This document shows, piece by piece, positions 28,060-36,375 of a stretch of DNA of 53,871 bases. Positions within the stretch are counted from its first letter, which is position 1; each line of letters begins with the position of its first letter. Made by a program: the position numbers and the translations under genes. The notes beneath the pieces are model-generated. The model was not told the origin of the DNA. It did no database searches and saw only the letters and a program-made list of their open reading frames with translations. Source of the stretch: a virus (taxonomy: Duplodnaviria > Caudoviricetes); IMG/VR virus record IMGVR_UViG_3300043672_000021, positions 1 through 53,871 of that record. One strand, 5' to 3'.

Positions 28060-28409
28060 CCACCCTCACCCACTCGCTGGTCATCGCGTCGTTCGTGGTG
28101 GGTGCGATCGCCGGGAATCTCCTGTTCCTGCAGTACCTGCTGCGCTCGCGCTGGCGTTCCTCCCTGACGGGGCGGATCGTCCTGGCGCTGTTCGCCGTCT
28201 CGGCGCTCAGCTACGACCTGTCGGTGACCGTACTGATCTGGCCGGGCGCGTTCACCGCGGAGAACGGCGGCATCTGGGTCCGGATCGGTCTGCGCTTCGC
28301 GATCGATGCGGTCCTGATCGCGCTGTACGTCCTGGTGCTGAAAGCCCAGCGCCGGGACCGGGAAGCGGTCCGCACGAAGGATTTACTGGCCGACACCATC
28401 GAGGAGTGA
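28056..28409 (+). CDS. Putative holin (3 TM)
   Basis: Three hydrophobic helices, Y..RSRWRSS..GR. Confidence 0.75.
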   Translation: MTTLTHSLVIASFVVGAIAGNLLFLQYLLRSRWRSSLTGRIVLALFAVSALSYDLSVTVLIWPGAFTAENGGIWVRIGLRFAIDAVLIALYVLVLKAQRRDREAVRTKDLLADTIEE

Positions 28410-28411
28410 CC

Positions 28412-28588
28412 ATGAAGCTCTCCACTATCCGCAAGGCCCTGCTGGCCGGCGCTGCCGCCGCGCTCGCGGCCGGCGCGACCGCTTTCCCGGACGGCTTCAC
28501 CGACAAGGAGCTGGCCGCGATCGCCGGGGCCGCGATCATCGCCGGGTACGGCGTCTTCAGGATCCCGAATGCGGACGCCGATGCCTGA
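28412..28588 (+). CDS. Small 2-TM holin-like protein
   Basis: GAGGAG RBS; RKALLAG...GVFRIPN; GTG 28406 is an alternative start. Confidence 0.7.
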   Translation: MKLSTIRKALLAGAAAALAAGATAFPDGFTDKELAAIAGAAIIAGYGVFRIPNADADA

Positions 28589-29567
28589 GCGCATCATCAC
28601 CGAGGCCGACATCGTCGCCCTCAAGGCGAAGCTGGGCCCGGACATCGACGAGTGGTTCGAGGGCCTGGAGGTGCTCGACCCGGACCCAGTGCCCGACCCG
28701 CCGGCACCGGCCTGGTCGTCCGGTGCGTTCACGATGCACCAGCCGGCAACCCTGGCGGCGATGGACACCTGGCGCGGCAAGCCGATGGGCAACGCGGCCG
28801 TCTTCCCCACCTATGACCGCGGCACCGGCGAGCTGGAGAGCACGTGGTGGCTGAAGGCCGCCGGTGACGCGCCGGATGTGGCCATCGGCATCCCGATGTG
28901 CCTCAAGGGCGGCTCGATCAGCACCGACCTCAGCCCGAGCTTCCGGAAGATGGCCGCCGCCATGAAAGCGGACGGCCGCCGGTTCTTCCTGCGGCTGGGC
29001 TGGGAGATGAACATCGGCCAGCCGTGGCGGGTGACCGATGCCAACCTGGCGACGTGGCGGGCCGCCTGGAGCCGCTACTACGACGTGTTCAAGGGCGCGC
29101 TCGGAGACAAGGGGCTGGTCGGGTTCAATCCGAACATCGGCGAAAACCAGTCCGGGCTCAGCGGTTCCATCCTGCGGGCCTGGGTTGACGGCAAGGTCGA
29201 CTGGTGCGGCCCGGACGCTTACGACTGTTGGCCCGCCTACACCGACATGGCCGCGCTGAACACCCAGATCAACGGCAACCAGCGGCTGGACTGGTGGGCC
29301 GCCACCGCCCGATCCAAGGGCGTGCCGCTGGCCCTGCCGGAGTTCGGGGTGTCCTCGGGCGCCCAGTGGGCCGGGCACTGCGGCCGGGACAACCCGACGT
29401 ACGTCGAGGTCATCGCCGCCTGGCGCGAGAAGAACCGCGACATCTGGCTTTTCGACAGCTACTTCAACGAGGAGGCCCCGTACGTGGCGTCCGACATCTT
29501 CCGGCCGACCGGGACCGCGGCCAACCCGCGGGCGGGCGAGAAGTACAAGGCGCTGTTCGGCGCCTAA
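28581..29567 (+). CDS. Glycoside hydrolase, GH26-like
   Basis: LRLGWEMN (acid/base), NPN, VDWCGPDAYD, LALPEFGV (nucleophile). Confidence 0.85.
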   Translation: MPERIITEADIVALKAKLGPDIDEWFEGLEVLDPDPVPDPPAPAWSSGAFTMHQPATLAAMDTWRGKPMGNAAVFPTYDRGTGELESTWWLKAAGDAPDVAIGIPMCLKGGSISTDLSPSFRKMAAAMKADGRRFFLRLGWEMNIGQPWRVTDANLATWRAAWSRYYDVFKGALGDKGLVGFNPNIGENQSGLSGSILRAWVDGKVDWCGPDAYDCWPAYTDMAALNTQINGNQRLDWWAATARSKGVPLALPEFGVSSGAQWAGHCGRDNPTYVEVIAAWREKNRDIWLFDSYFNEEAPYVASDIFRPTGTAANPRAGEKYKALFGA

Positions 29568-29593
29568 GCTCAGCGCGTCTGCTCTGGAACGGC

Positions 29594-29623
29594 AAGAGCC
29601 CGGCCCTCAGGGGTCGGGCTCTT
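29594..29623. terminator. Bidirectional terminator between converging operons
   Basis: AAGAGCCCGGCCC / GGGTCGGGCTCTT inverted repeat followed by T-containing tail. Confidence 0.8.
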
Positions 29624-29635
29624 CGTCGTTTGCGC

Positions 29636-30091
29636 TCAGGCCGTGCCGGAGCAGGTGACGATGCCGTAGTCCACGGACGACGTGCTGGTCGATACCCGCC
29701 GGCCGTCCGACGTCAGCTCGCAGGTCAGCTCCCCGAACTCGCCGGGCATCTGAGCGGAGAAGTAGATGAAGGTGCCGGGCGTGGCGCTGAGCTGCATACC
29801 GTCCGTGCCGCTCGTGCTGGTCAGCGGGACATCGACGGTCTCCTGTGAGGTGTCGTCCCCGACCCGGACCGTGATGTCGGCGGTGTCCACCCGTTCGCCG
29901 GTCAGGGTGATGAGCACGGTCCGCTTGGCCGGTTCGGCCACCACCGCCGGGGCTACCGCCGGATCCAGCCCACCCGCAAAACTCGCAACCCCGATGGCAA
30001 CTGCAGCTATCGCCACCGCACCCAGTAGTTGGGCGAGGGTCTTCCGCTTCTCTTCGTACCATCGAGCGAGTGCCTCACGCATGGTCCGCAT
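29636..30091 (-). CDS. MmpS-like membrane-anchored protein
   Basis: N-terminal TM; LTCELTSDG...IVTCSG two-Cys motif. Confidence 0.75.
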   Translation of the reverse strand: MRTMREALARWYEEKRKTLAQLLGAVAIAAVAIGVASFAGGLDPAVAPAVVAEPAKRTVLITLTGERVDTADITVRVGDDTSQETVDVPLTSTSGTDGMQLSATPGTFIYFSAQMPGEFGELTCELTSDGRRVSTSTSSVDYGIVTCSGTA

Positions 30092-30157
30092 CCTGTGTCA
30101 ATCTTCGTCAAGCCATGGGGTGAATCGGGCAATCAGTCACCGATGAGCGCCGGGCGG

Positions 30158-30535
30158 TCATTCGGCTCGGCGGAGGCTGGCCACGATCTCATCGGCCCGC
30201 TCCTTGCTGATCGGCTGGCCGTTCAGCCGGTAGGAAGTGAGGCCGGGGATGAACTCCCGGAACCCGGACGGCCCCGTCGATCCGGGACTCACCGTCTCGC
30301 CACAGATCGGGCATTCAAAGTGGGAGTCGGTGTGCTCGTCGTTGCAGTCCTCGCACCAATACGGCTCTTCATTGACCCTGGTTAGGGTCGGATAGCCGTT
30401 CTCCCAGTAGTGCTCGTGGCCATGCTCGTCGGTGTAGCGCCATGCAGGGTCCGGGCGAGGAAGGTTGCTGGTGACCTCGACTCGATCAACTTCGATGATC
30501 AGTTCCCCGAAGTCGCCGGTGATTTTGCCGGTCAT
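30158..30535 (-). CDS. Zn-ribbon hypothetical protein
   Basis: GGGAG RBS; CEDC...CPICG. Confidence 0.75.
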   Translation of the reverse strand: MTGKITGDFGELIIEVDRVEVTSNLPRPDPAWRYTDEHGHEHYWENGYPTLTRVNEEPYWCEDCNDEHTDSHFECPICGETVSPGSTGPSGFREFIPGLTSYRLNGQPISKERADEIVASLRRAE

Positions 30536-30563
30536 TGCGGCACTCCCGTTCGGTTGGTGTTGA

Positions 30564-30864
30564 TCAGAGGCCGAGGATCCGCCGGTCGCGAGGATCCGCC
30601 CTGAACATCAGCTCGGCGAAGGTCACGTCGAGGGGCCGCGCAGATGTCGACGAGTTCGTGCGCGAGGACCATCCGCTCACCGGCCTCGATCTTGTTGACG
30701 GTCTGCCGGGACCAGCCGAGCCGATCGGCGAGCTCGACCTGGGTCAGCCCCATCCGGGCGCGTTCGGCGCGGATGGCCTTGACCAAGGCCGCTTGCAGGG
30801 ATGCGGACACCGGGGAAGCGTGCACGTCGTCGTGCCTGGAAGTCTCCAGTTCGCTATCTGCCAC
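30564..30864 (-). pseudogene. XRE-family HTH regulator with +1 frameshift
   Basis: RAERARMGLTQVELADRLGWSRQTVNKIEAG; removing one base of GGGG 30632-30635 restores ICAALDVTFAELMF...LGL*. Confidence 0.75.
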
Positions 30865-30990
30865 CCCCAAATGATGGCATGAAGTACGCAATGTCGTTCA
30901 ATGGCGCTACGCTCTGTGTCAGTTCCGTCGCCGGTGCGACTCGCGCTGCTCCACCGGCGACGGGGCCTCCCACTGGCGTTCGGAGGGCTG

Positions 30991-31218
30991 ATGGTGAGGG
31001 TGCACAACGGGCCGGCCGATGGCTGGGCCGTCGAGGACGACCGGGCACAGATCTGGGTCGCCACCCTCGACGACGGGCATCACCTGCTGCCGGCCCGGCA
31101 GGGTCCCGACTTGGAGGACCTGCTGAACCGGGTCGGGATCGGCGGCTGGCAGCTCTATCGGCGGATCGACACCGACCCCCCGGCCTACGAGTGGGTGGAC
31201 CGGCTCAACCCTCGCTGA
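30991..31218 (+). CDS. Hypothetical protein
   Basis: GGAGG RBS; VHNGPADG; high GC3. Confidence 0.7.
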   Translation: MVRVHNGPADGWAVEDDRAQIWVATLDDGHHLLPARQGPDLEDLLNRVGIGGWQLYRRIDTDPPAYEWVDRLNPR

Positions 31219-31669
31219 GGGTCGCGGCAGCCCGCCCGGCCAGGTCCTCGGCGGCGTCGGCCCACCGGTCGAGCAGCCTGGCGAGCGCCCGGGCGGTGGT
31301 GACCTCCCTGGCCTCCCATTCGCTGAGCGTGGCGCCCAGCTCCGGGATCCGGCAGGCGATGCCCAGGACGTAGCCCTGGAGCGTGCGGGGATTCGGGTCG
31401 CTGTAGCAGCGTGCCGGTCAACATCGGCCGGACGGCGGGGCATCAGCTCGGCCGCATCGACTCCGAAGTGGCGCGCCAGGACGTCGAGCTCATCGAGCTT
31501 GAACGGGATGCGGCCAGTGAACCGCCCCGAGATCTGCCCTGGGGACAGCTTCAGCAAGACGGCCAAGTCCTTCTGCTTGAGGCCGCGCTTGGCGGCGTGA
31601 GAGCGGGACCTCGGCGGCGACGCGAGCGCTGAGCGATTGGCTCGTATATAGCTGAGTGACTGTGCTCAT
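31205..31669 (-). pseudogene. Immunity repressor (XRE HTH), frameshifted
   Basis: Start MSTVTQ at 31669; HTH KQKDLAVLLKLSPGQISGRF is in another frame after GGG 31605-31607; a start-less high-GC3 frame runs from about 31410 to 31205; divergent from cro. Confidence 0.75.
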
Positions 31670-31676
31670 GCCATTG

Positions 31677-31705
31677 AGAGTACGGCTCACGCAAACCTGA
31701 TACAA
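31677..31705 (-). promoter_or_regulatory. Leaderless sigma70-type promoter for repressor
   Basis: On minus strand TTGTAT-N17-TACTCT-N7-ATG(31669). Confidence 0.7.
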
Positions 31706-31715
31706 GGCGAGCCAC

Positions 31716-31786
31716 AGAAATATCCCCAAATCCGACATAGCGACTGGGGGGCGTGACGCGCCTAAGAAATTTGTGAAATCCATAGC
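31716..31786. promoter_or_regulatory. Candidate operator repeats in repressor-cro intergenic region
   Basis: Two imperfect copies of AGAAAT-N5/6-AAATCC..ATAGC at 31716-31741 and 31765-31786 in an AT-rich stretch. Confidence 0.35.
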
Positions 31787-31794
31787 CGTGCGGC

Positions 31795-31827
31795 TTGACA
31801 CAACGTTGCTATCGGCATTACTACTTT
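31795..31827 (+). promoter_or_regulatory. Early rightward promoter
   Basis: Perfect TTGACA at 31795-31800; -10 candidates TACTAC/TACTTT shortly before cro ATG 31832. Confidence 0.55.
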
Positions 31828-31831
31828 GCGT

Positions 31832-32086
31832 ATGCCAAACCCCACCGCTCAAGCGAACGCGAACATCCGCGCAGAGCTGGCCAGGGCAGAGGTCTCGCAG
31901 GCTCAAGTAGCTGCACTGCTCGACATCCCGCCGAGTCAGGTCAGCGCCCGCCTCAAGGGCCGAGTGCACTGGAAGCTCGCTGAACTGCAGAAACTCGCCC
32001 GCCACCTCAACGTTCCGATCGCCATCCTGGCGGCCGACGACGCCCCCGACGCCGTTCCCGCCGAGTCCGAATCGGCCGCGTCGTGA
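31832..32086 (+). CDS. Cro-like XRE HTH protein
   Basis: NIRAELARAEVSQAQVAALL...VSARLKG; first gene of rightward operon. Confidence 0.85.
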   Translation: MPNPTAQANANIRAELARAEVSQAQVAALLDIPPSQVSARLKGRVHWKLAELQKLARHLNVPIAILAADDAPDAVPAESESAAS

Positions 32087-32907
32087 CCCCCCGTATGATC
32101 CGTGAGTCCTACGACGGCGGCAATATCACCGTCGGCGGCCCCGGCGACATCGCCCACCCGAAGGCAGCAGACCGGATCCGCGTCTCCGCCTACGAGCGGG
32201 GCTGCGAGCGGGCGACCCTGCTGCTCACCCGCGACGAGGCCGACCAGCTGATCGACGCGCTGATCGAGCGCAACCAGGAGATCGACGCCGCCGCGCTTTC
32301 CGCCCGCACGGCACACCTGAGCGACACCTCCGACTCCCGTCCCTCGGCTTCCCCCGTGGCCGAGGGACGGGCCCAGACCGCCCCTGATGGGGCTGGTGCG
32401 GCACCCACCGATGACGCCAGCGGGTCACCGCTGGACGGTGGGCACACCCGCACCACGACGGCCGGGCCCAGCACCCCCACTGCTGAGCCCGGCCGTCCCA
32501 TCTCGCATCACGACGGTCCGGACGGCACCTGGTGCGCATGGTCGGGTTGCGTCTCCAAGACCGGCGCCTGCCCGGACGGCCACGAGCTGCCCGGGTACGT
32601 CGAGCCCTCCGCCGCCGTGCCCAGCAGCGGCCGGTTCGGATTCCCGGCGACGTCGACCCTCAGCGGTCTGAGCATCGCGGAGATCACCGCCGCCCGGCTG
32701 GCCGCCTACCCTGACGCGGCCACCGTGCCGTTCGAGGCGGGCGGGGCGCTGCACGTGGTCGACCGCTGCGGGTGCAGCGACTGCGAGGACGCGTTCGCTC
32801 GCCAGTTCGCGCGGTCCGTCGCTGCCGCCGAGGCCAACGCCCGCGCCGAGCTGCTCGCCAACAGCACGCTCGTCGTCCCCGGCCTCCGGGAAAGAGGCGA
32901 CCGGTGA
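32083..32907 (+). CDS. Hypothetical protein
   Basis: GTGA overlaps both ends; LTRDEADQLIDAL; low-complexity middle. Confidence 0.65.
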   Translation: MTPRMIRESYDGGNITVGGPGDIAHPKAADRIRVSAYERGCERATLLLTRDEADQLIDALIERNQEIDAAALSARTAHLSDTSDSRPSASPVAEGRAQTAPDGAGAAPTDDASGSPLDGGHTRTTTAGPSTPTAEPGRPISHHDGPDGTWCAWSGCVSKTGACPDGHELPGYVEPSAAVPSSGRFGFPATSTLSGLSIAEITAARLAAYPDAATVPFEAGGALHVVDRCGCSDCEDAFARQFARSVAAAEANARAELLANSTLVVPGLRERGDR

Positions 32908-33374
32908 AGCGCATCCACGCCCACCGCGAGTCGTCCCACGCCTCGCTCGCCCTGGTGATCCCGGTCGCCGGGTTCGGCGGCCTCATGCTCGCCCTCGGCA
33001 TCGCCACCGGCAGCGCCCGCCGGATCATCGAAGCCCTGCCGCTGTCCGAGCCCGGCCCGAACGGGTGGCCGGTGTTCGTCCTCGGATGCCTGGTCTTCGG
33101 GTGCTGGTGGCAGATGCGCCGGGCCAAGACCCACCCGCACGAGCCAGCCGAGGCCACCGGCCGGGACAACGAGAAGTGGCCGGACGCCGAGCCGCTGGCC
33201 GGGGCCCCGTGGCCGCTCGCCGACGCGGGCAGCCCGTGGTTCGGCACCGCCCCGTTCACCGACCCGGTCCCGGTGCGCCGCACCCACCCGGCCACCCCGC
33301 ACGAAGACCTCATCCCCGACCCTGACCAAGCCCACGCCGGCCTGCTCGCTGACCCCGCAGGGACGGTGTGGTGA
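32904..33374 (+). CDS. Membrane protein (2 TM)
   Basis: GAGG RBS, two hydrophobic segments. Confidence 0.65.
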   Translation: MKRIHAHRESSHASLALVIPVAGFGGLMLALGIATGSARRIIEALPLSEPGPNGWPVFVLGCLVFGCWWQMRRAKTHPHEPAEATGRDNEKWPDAEPLAGAPWPLADAGSPWFGTAPFTDPVPVRRTHPATPHEDLIPDPDQAHAGLLADPAGTVW

Positions 33375-33637
33375 TGAGGGGCTACGCCGAAGCCATCTGC
33401 GGCCAGATCCTGTTCGCCCGGATGGAGAGCAAGCGCCTCGCCTACCTGGCCGAGGACCACAAGGCCGCACTGGCCGAGGACCGGATCTTCAACCAGGCCC
33501 GCGCCGAACAGCACGCCGCCGAGCGGCGCCGCGAGTACACCGCCTACCTCTGCTCGATGGCCGACCACGACTGCGCCTGCCTGGCGCTGGGGTTCGACGA
33601 CTGGGCGCGGGTCACCCGTCTGGCGGTGCGCTCATGA
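33368..33637 (+). CDS. Hypothetical protein
   Basis: Overlap-coupled, high GC3 (ATG 33374 alternative). Confidence 0.6.
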   Translation: MVMRGYAEAICGQILFARMESKRLAYLAEDHKAALAEDRIFNQARAEQHAAERRREYTAYLCSMADHDCACLALGFDDWARVTRLAVRS

Positions 33638-33945
33638 GCGACACCTACCGCATCGAGGTCGCCCACCAACTGCTGACGGACCGGCTCACCGTGGTCATCG
33701 CCGAAGACCACGACGCCGCCCTCATCGAGGACCGGGCCCGCCGGGACGCCGGTGACCTCCGGCGGGCAGCGATGCGCGGCGAGATCAACCGGATGATCGA
33801 GCGGGAACGGTTCGCCGCCCAGATCGCCGCGGTCCGCCCCAAGGACCGCCAAGTGCTCGCGCACCGGGCTGAGGTCGCGTGGCGGGCGATGTACCCGGCG
33901 CTGGCCGAGTTCCGCGACTACCCCACGGTCGGCGGTGCCTCATGA
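33634..33945 (+). CDS. Hypothetical protein
   Basis: ATGA overlaps; ends WRAMYPALAEFRDYPTVGG. Confidence 0.65.
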   Translation: MSDTYRIEVAHQLLTDRLTVVIAEDHDAALIEDRARRDAGDLRRAAMRGEINRMIERERFAAQIAAVRPKDRQVLAHRAEVAWRAMYPALAEFRDYPTVGGAS

Positions 33946-34196
33946 CGCGCCGCCAGTCCCTCGCCCTCGACCCCCAACCGTCCGGACTGCGCCACCACAC
34001 CGCGAACCGGGTGCTGGCCGCCGTCCGCACCGCCCACCACGCCCTCGCCCGACTGGAGGCCGCGATGGTCAAGGCCACCGAACGGTCCGCGGTCCTCCAG
34101 TGGCTGGAGCGAGGGTTCCACCGGATCCTCGACGCGGTCGACCAGCCGGGGCCCTCCGAGGACACCATCGCGATGCAGCCGGAGGTGACCCGGTGA
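33942..34196 (+). CDS. Hypothetical protein
   Basis: ATGA / GTGA overlaps. Confidence 0.6.
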   Translation: MTRRQSLALDPQPSGLRHHTANRVLAAVRTAHHALARLEAAMVKATERSAVLQWLERGFHRILDAVDQPGPSEDTIAMQPEVTR

Positions 34197-34519
34197 TCCG
34201 GACCGCGCTGCGAGCGGCGGCCTGGGTCGCGGCGATCGCGGTCGTCGCCGAGCTGGCCGACCGGATCGAGGAAGCCCACGACCGGACGCAGTCGCTGGCC
34301 GCGCGGATCCGCGACCTGGAGGCCGGCGCCGGCCGGCTGATCGACGCGGCCCGGGCGGACGCGCTCTGCGACCTGGACCGGGCAAAGACCGAGTACGCAC
34401 TGCTGGCCCCGGCCGGGACCACCGAAGCCCAGATCGCGGACGCCCGGGTACGGCAGTGGCGGGCCATGCGCCCCGGGTTCGCCGCGCTGATCGACTACCC
34501 GATCGGAGGCTCCGGATGA
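34193..34519 (+). CDS. Hypothetical protein
   Basis: GGAGG RBS; ends WRAMRPGFAALIDYPIGG. Confidence 0.65.
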   Translation: MIRTALRAAAWVAAIAVVAELADRIEEAHDRTQSLAARIRDLEAGAGRLIDAARADALCDLDRAKTEYALLAPAGTTEAQIADARVRQWRAMRPGFAALIDYPIGGSG

Positions 34520-35145
34520 GCGCCGACCTGGTGACCGAGGCCCTGGCCCGGCTAGAGGCCATCATCGAGCGGGGCCGGAAGTCGTTCCTCGAAGTCGGGG
34601 ACGCGCTCCTGAAGATCCGCAGCGACCGGCTATACCTCGAGACCCACGAGACGTTCGCCGAGTACTGCCAAGACCGGTGGGGGTTCTCGGACTCGCGTGC
34701 CCGGCAGCTCGTCATCTCCGCGACGACCGTTAGCAGGCTAACGGCCAAGGGCTTGCCCGCGCCGGCAAACGAGCGACAGGCCGCCGAGCTGGCCAAGGTT
34801 CCCGAACCGGACCGGGAGCGGGTGTGGAGCGAAACCCTCGCCCGCACCGGTGGAAAGCCCACCGCTGCCGCTGTCCGCGAGGTGGCCGAGCCGAAGCCAG
34901 TCGAGCCGGAGCGGGCCACCGCGCCGGAGCCCGCGCCACAGGAGGCCCCCGAAGACGTCGAGGCGCTGCACACCCGCCTCGACATCGAGGCGGCCCGGCG
35001 GGTCGCCCAGAGCATCGTCTCCGAGTTCCGATCCCAGGCCGTCGCTGTCGTCAGGGGGTCGCGGCTCGGCGAGAAGGGCCTCGTAACCCGCTCGATGGTC
35101 GATGAGCTCCGCACGCTACTCGACCTACTGGAGGGCGAACTGTGA
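34516..35145 (+). CDS. Putative DNA-binding protein (DUF3102-like)
   Basis: FLEVGDALLKIRSDRLY..TFAEYCQDRWGFS, NERQAAEL, PTAAAVRE. Confidence 0.7.
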   Translation: MSADLVTEALARLEAIIERGRKSFLEVGDALLKIRSDRLYLETHETFAEYCQDRWGFSDSRARQLVISATTVSRLTAKGLPAPANERQAAELAKVPEPDRERVWSETLARTGGKPTAAAVREVAEPKPVEPERATAPEPAPQEAPEDVEALHTRLDIEAARRVAQSIVSEFRSQAVAVVRGSRLGEKGLVTRSMVDELRTLLDLLEGEL

Positions 35146-35630
35146 ACAGCGAAGAGGCATACACCTACGCCTGGGAGCACGCCAAGCAGAACCCGGACGG
35201 CAGTCGCGTCGAAACCAGCATCGTGGAACTGCTCGCCGATCACCTGCCGTTCGATGCGGCCAAGGCGAAACTCGGTCGCGCGCAACGGGTTCTCGCCAAC
35301 AGGAAGCGCACCGGGCAGACAGCCCCGGACGGTGTCGTGGTCTTCCCCGGCATGGAGCACTACGCCTACGAACCGCACCGGGTGATCGCCGACGCCGAGG
35401 GCAACCTGATCGAGAACGAGCGCGCGACGGAACGCTTCAAGGACGCCGAGGCCAGCCGAGCCAAGGTCGATTCCTTGAGGGCTGCCGCTCGCGCTGAACG
35501 CGAGCGGAACGAGGCCCAGCACTTCGCTGCCTGGGCGGTCAAGGAAATGGCGAATGGCCGCCACCCGCGCGAGATCGTCTGGGACACCTGCGTGCGCGAG
35601 ACCGGCCTCTGGAAAGACGCATCCCCCTGA
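35142..35630 (+). CDS. Hypothetical protein
   Basis: GGAGG RBS, GTGA overlap. Confidence 0.7.
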   Translation: MNSEEAYTYAWEHAKQNPDGSRVETSIVELLADHLPFDAAKAKLGRAQRVLANRKRTGQTAPDGVVVFPGMEHYAYEPHRVIADAEGNLIENERATERFKDAEASRAKVDSLRAAARAERERNEAQHFAAWAVKEMANGRHPREIVWDTCVRETGLWKDASP

Positions 35631-35684
35631 TCTGGTGGGCGCCGGACCGGCGGTACGACCCCGGGCGGCGCCCACCCACCACCC

Positions 35685-35779
35685 GCTCGCCTAGCTCAGG
35701 AGAGCACCGGTGTTTAGCGGCACCGAAGGGCCTCCATCACACGGAGGTCGTCTGGGTTCGAATCCCGGGGCGGGCACCA
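35685..35779 (+). ncRNA. tRNA-like RNA (non-canonical, type II; possible Leu-UAG-like)
   Basis: Acceptor GCTCGCC/GGCGGGC + ACCA; D stem GCTC/GAGC with 4-nt loop; stem CGGTG/CACCG with 8-nt loop TTTAGCGG; long variable hairpin; T arm CTGGG-TTCGAAT-CCCGG. Confidence 0.8.
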
Positions 35780-35823
35780 CTCGGCCGAGTGATCCACCCA
35801 CTCGCACTCACGAAAGGCACGAC

Positions 35824-36375
35824 ATGCCAAGCACTCTCAGGACGCTCAGGTGGACAGGGATGCTGTTCGCCCTCATTGCCCTGATCGCCGTCATGCTCGC
35901 GAATTCCAACGGGTCCAGGTCGGCCGAGAAGTGGCCGGTGCCGATCCCAGCCCAGCCGGTGGTCATGACGATCCCGATCAACGCGACTGTCGGGTTTCAC
36001 AACACGACGTTTGTCACGCCATCGGTGAGCGGCCGGAAGGCGACCGTCTACGTCCGGTACGAGATCGTCCAGGGCCCCTGCCTCCGGATCGCGGAAATTG
36101 ACCGCGGCACCAATATCGCGTACCTGGCGAACGCGGTCCGGTTGGACCTGGAGACCAGCGAGGACTACTACGACGAAATCAGCGAGTCCGTATACCCGTT
36201 CGGCAACAGCTCGGTATCGTTGGACGACGTGCCGTCCTCGTTCCACATCCTGTACCCCGGTGGCTCGTTCGGGTGCTTCATCAACGCCGACTCCCCGGCG
36301 ATCCGGTGGCGTGAATACGGAATCGGAGCCGGGGCGATCGAAAACCGGTACGACACGTACCGGGCGATCGAGTAA
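35824..36375 (+). CDS. Secreted / membrane-anchored protein
   Basis: GAAAGG RBS; basic N-terminus plus hydrophobic helix; two Cys. Confidence 0.7.
   Translation: MPSTLRTLRWTGMLFALIALIAVMLANSNGSRSAEKWPVPIPAQPVVMTIPINATVGFHNTTFVTPSVSGRKATVYVRYEIVQGPCLRIAEIDRGTNIAYLANAVRLDLETSEDYYDEISESVYPFGNSSVSLDDVPSSFHILYPGGSFGCFINADSPAIRWREYGIGAGAIENRYDTYRAIE

Noticed and set aside
31400-31445. tRNA-derived attP inside the repressor 3' end
   Set aside because: No T-loop (GTTCGA-like) core is present here, so it cannot be supported
35713-35720. GCGG in the anticodon loop decoding the CCGC quadruplet at the repressor frameshift
   Set aside because: Complementarity exists, but GCGG abuts the 3' stem rather than the decoding position and does not fit the second site; likely coincidence
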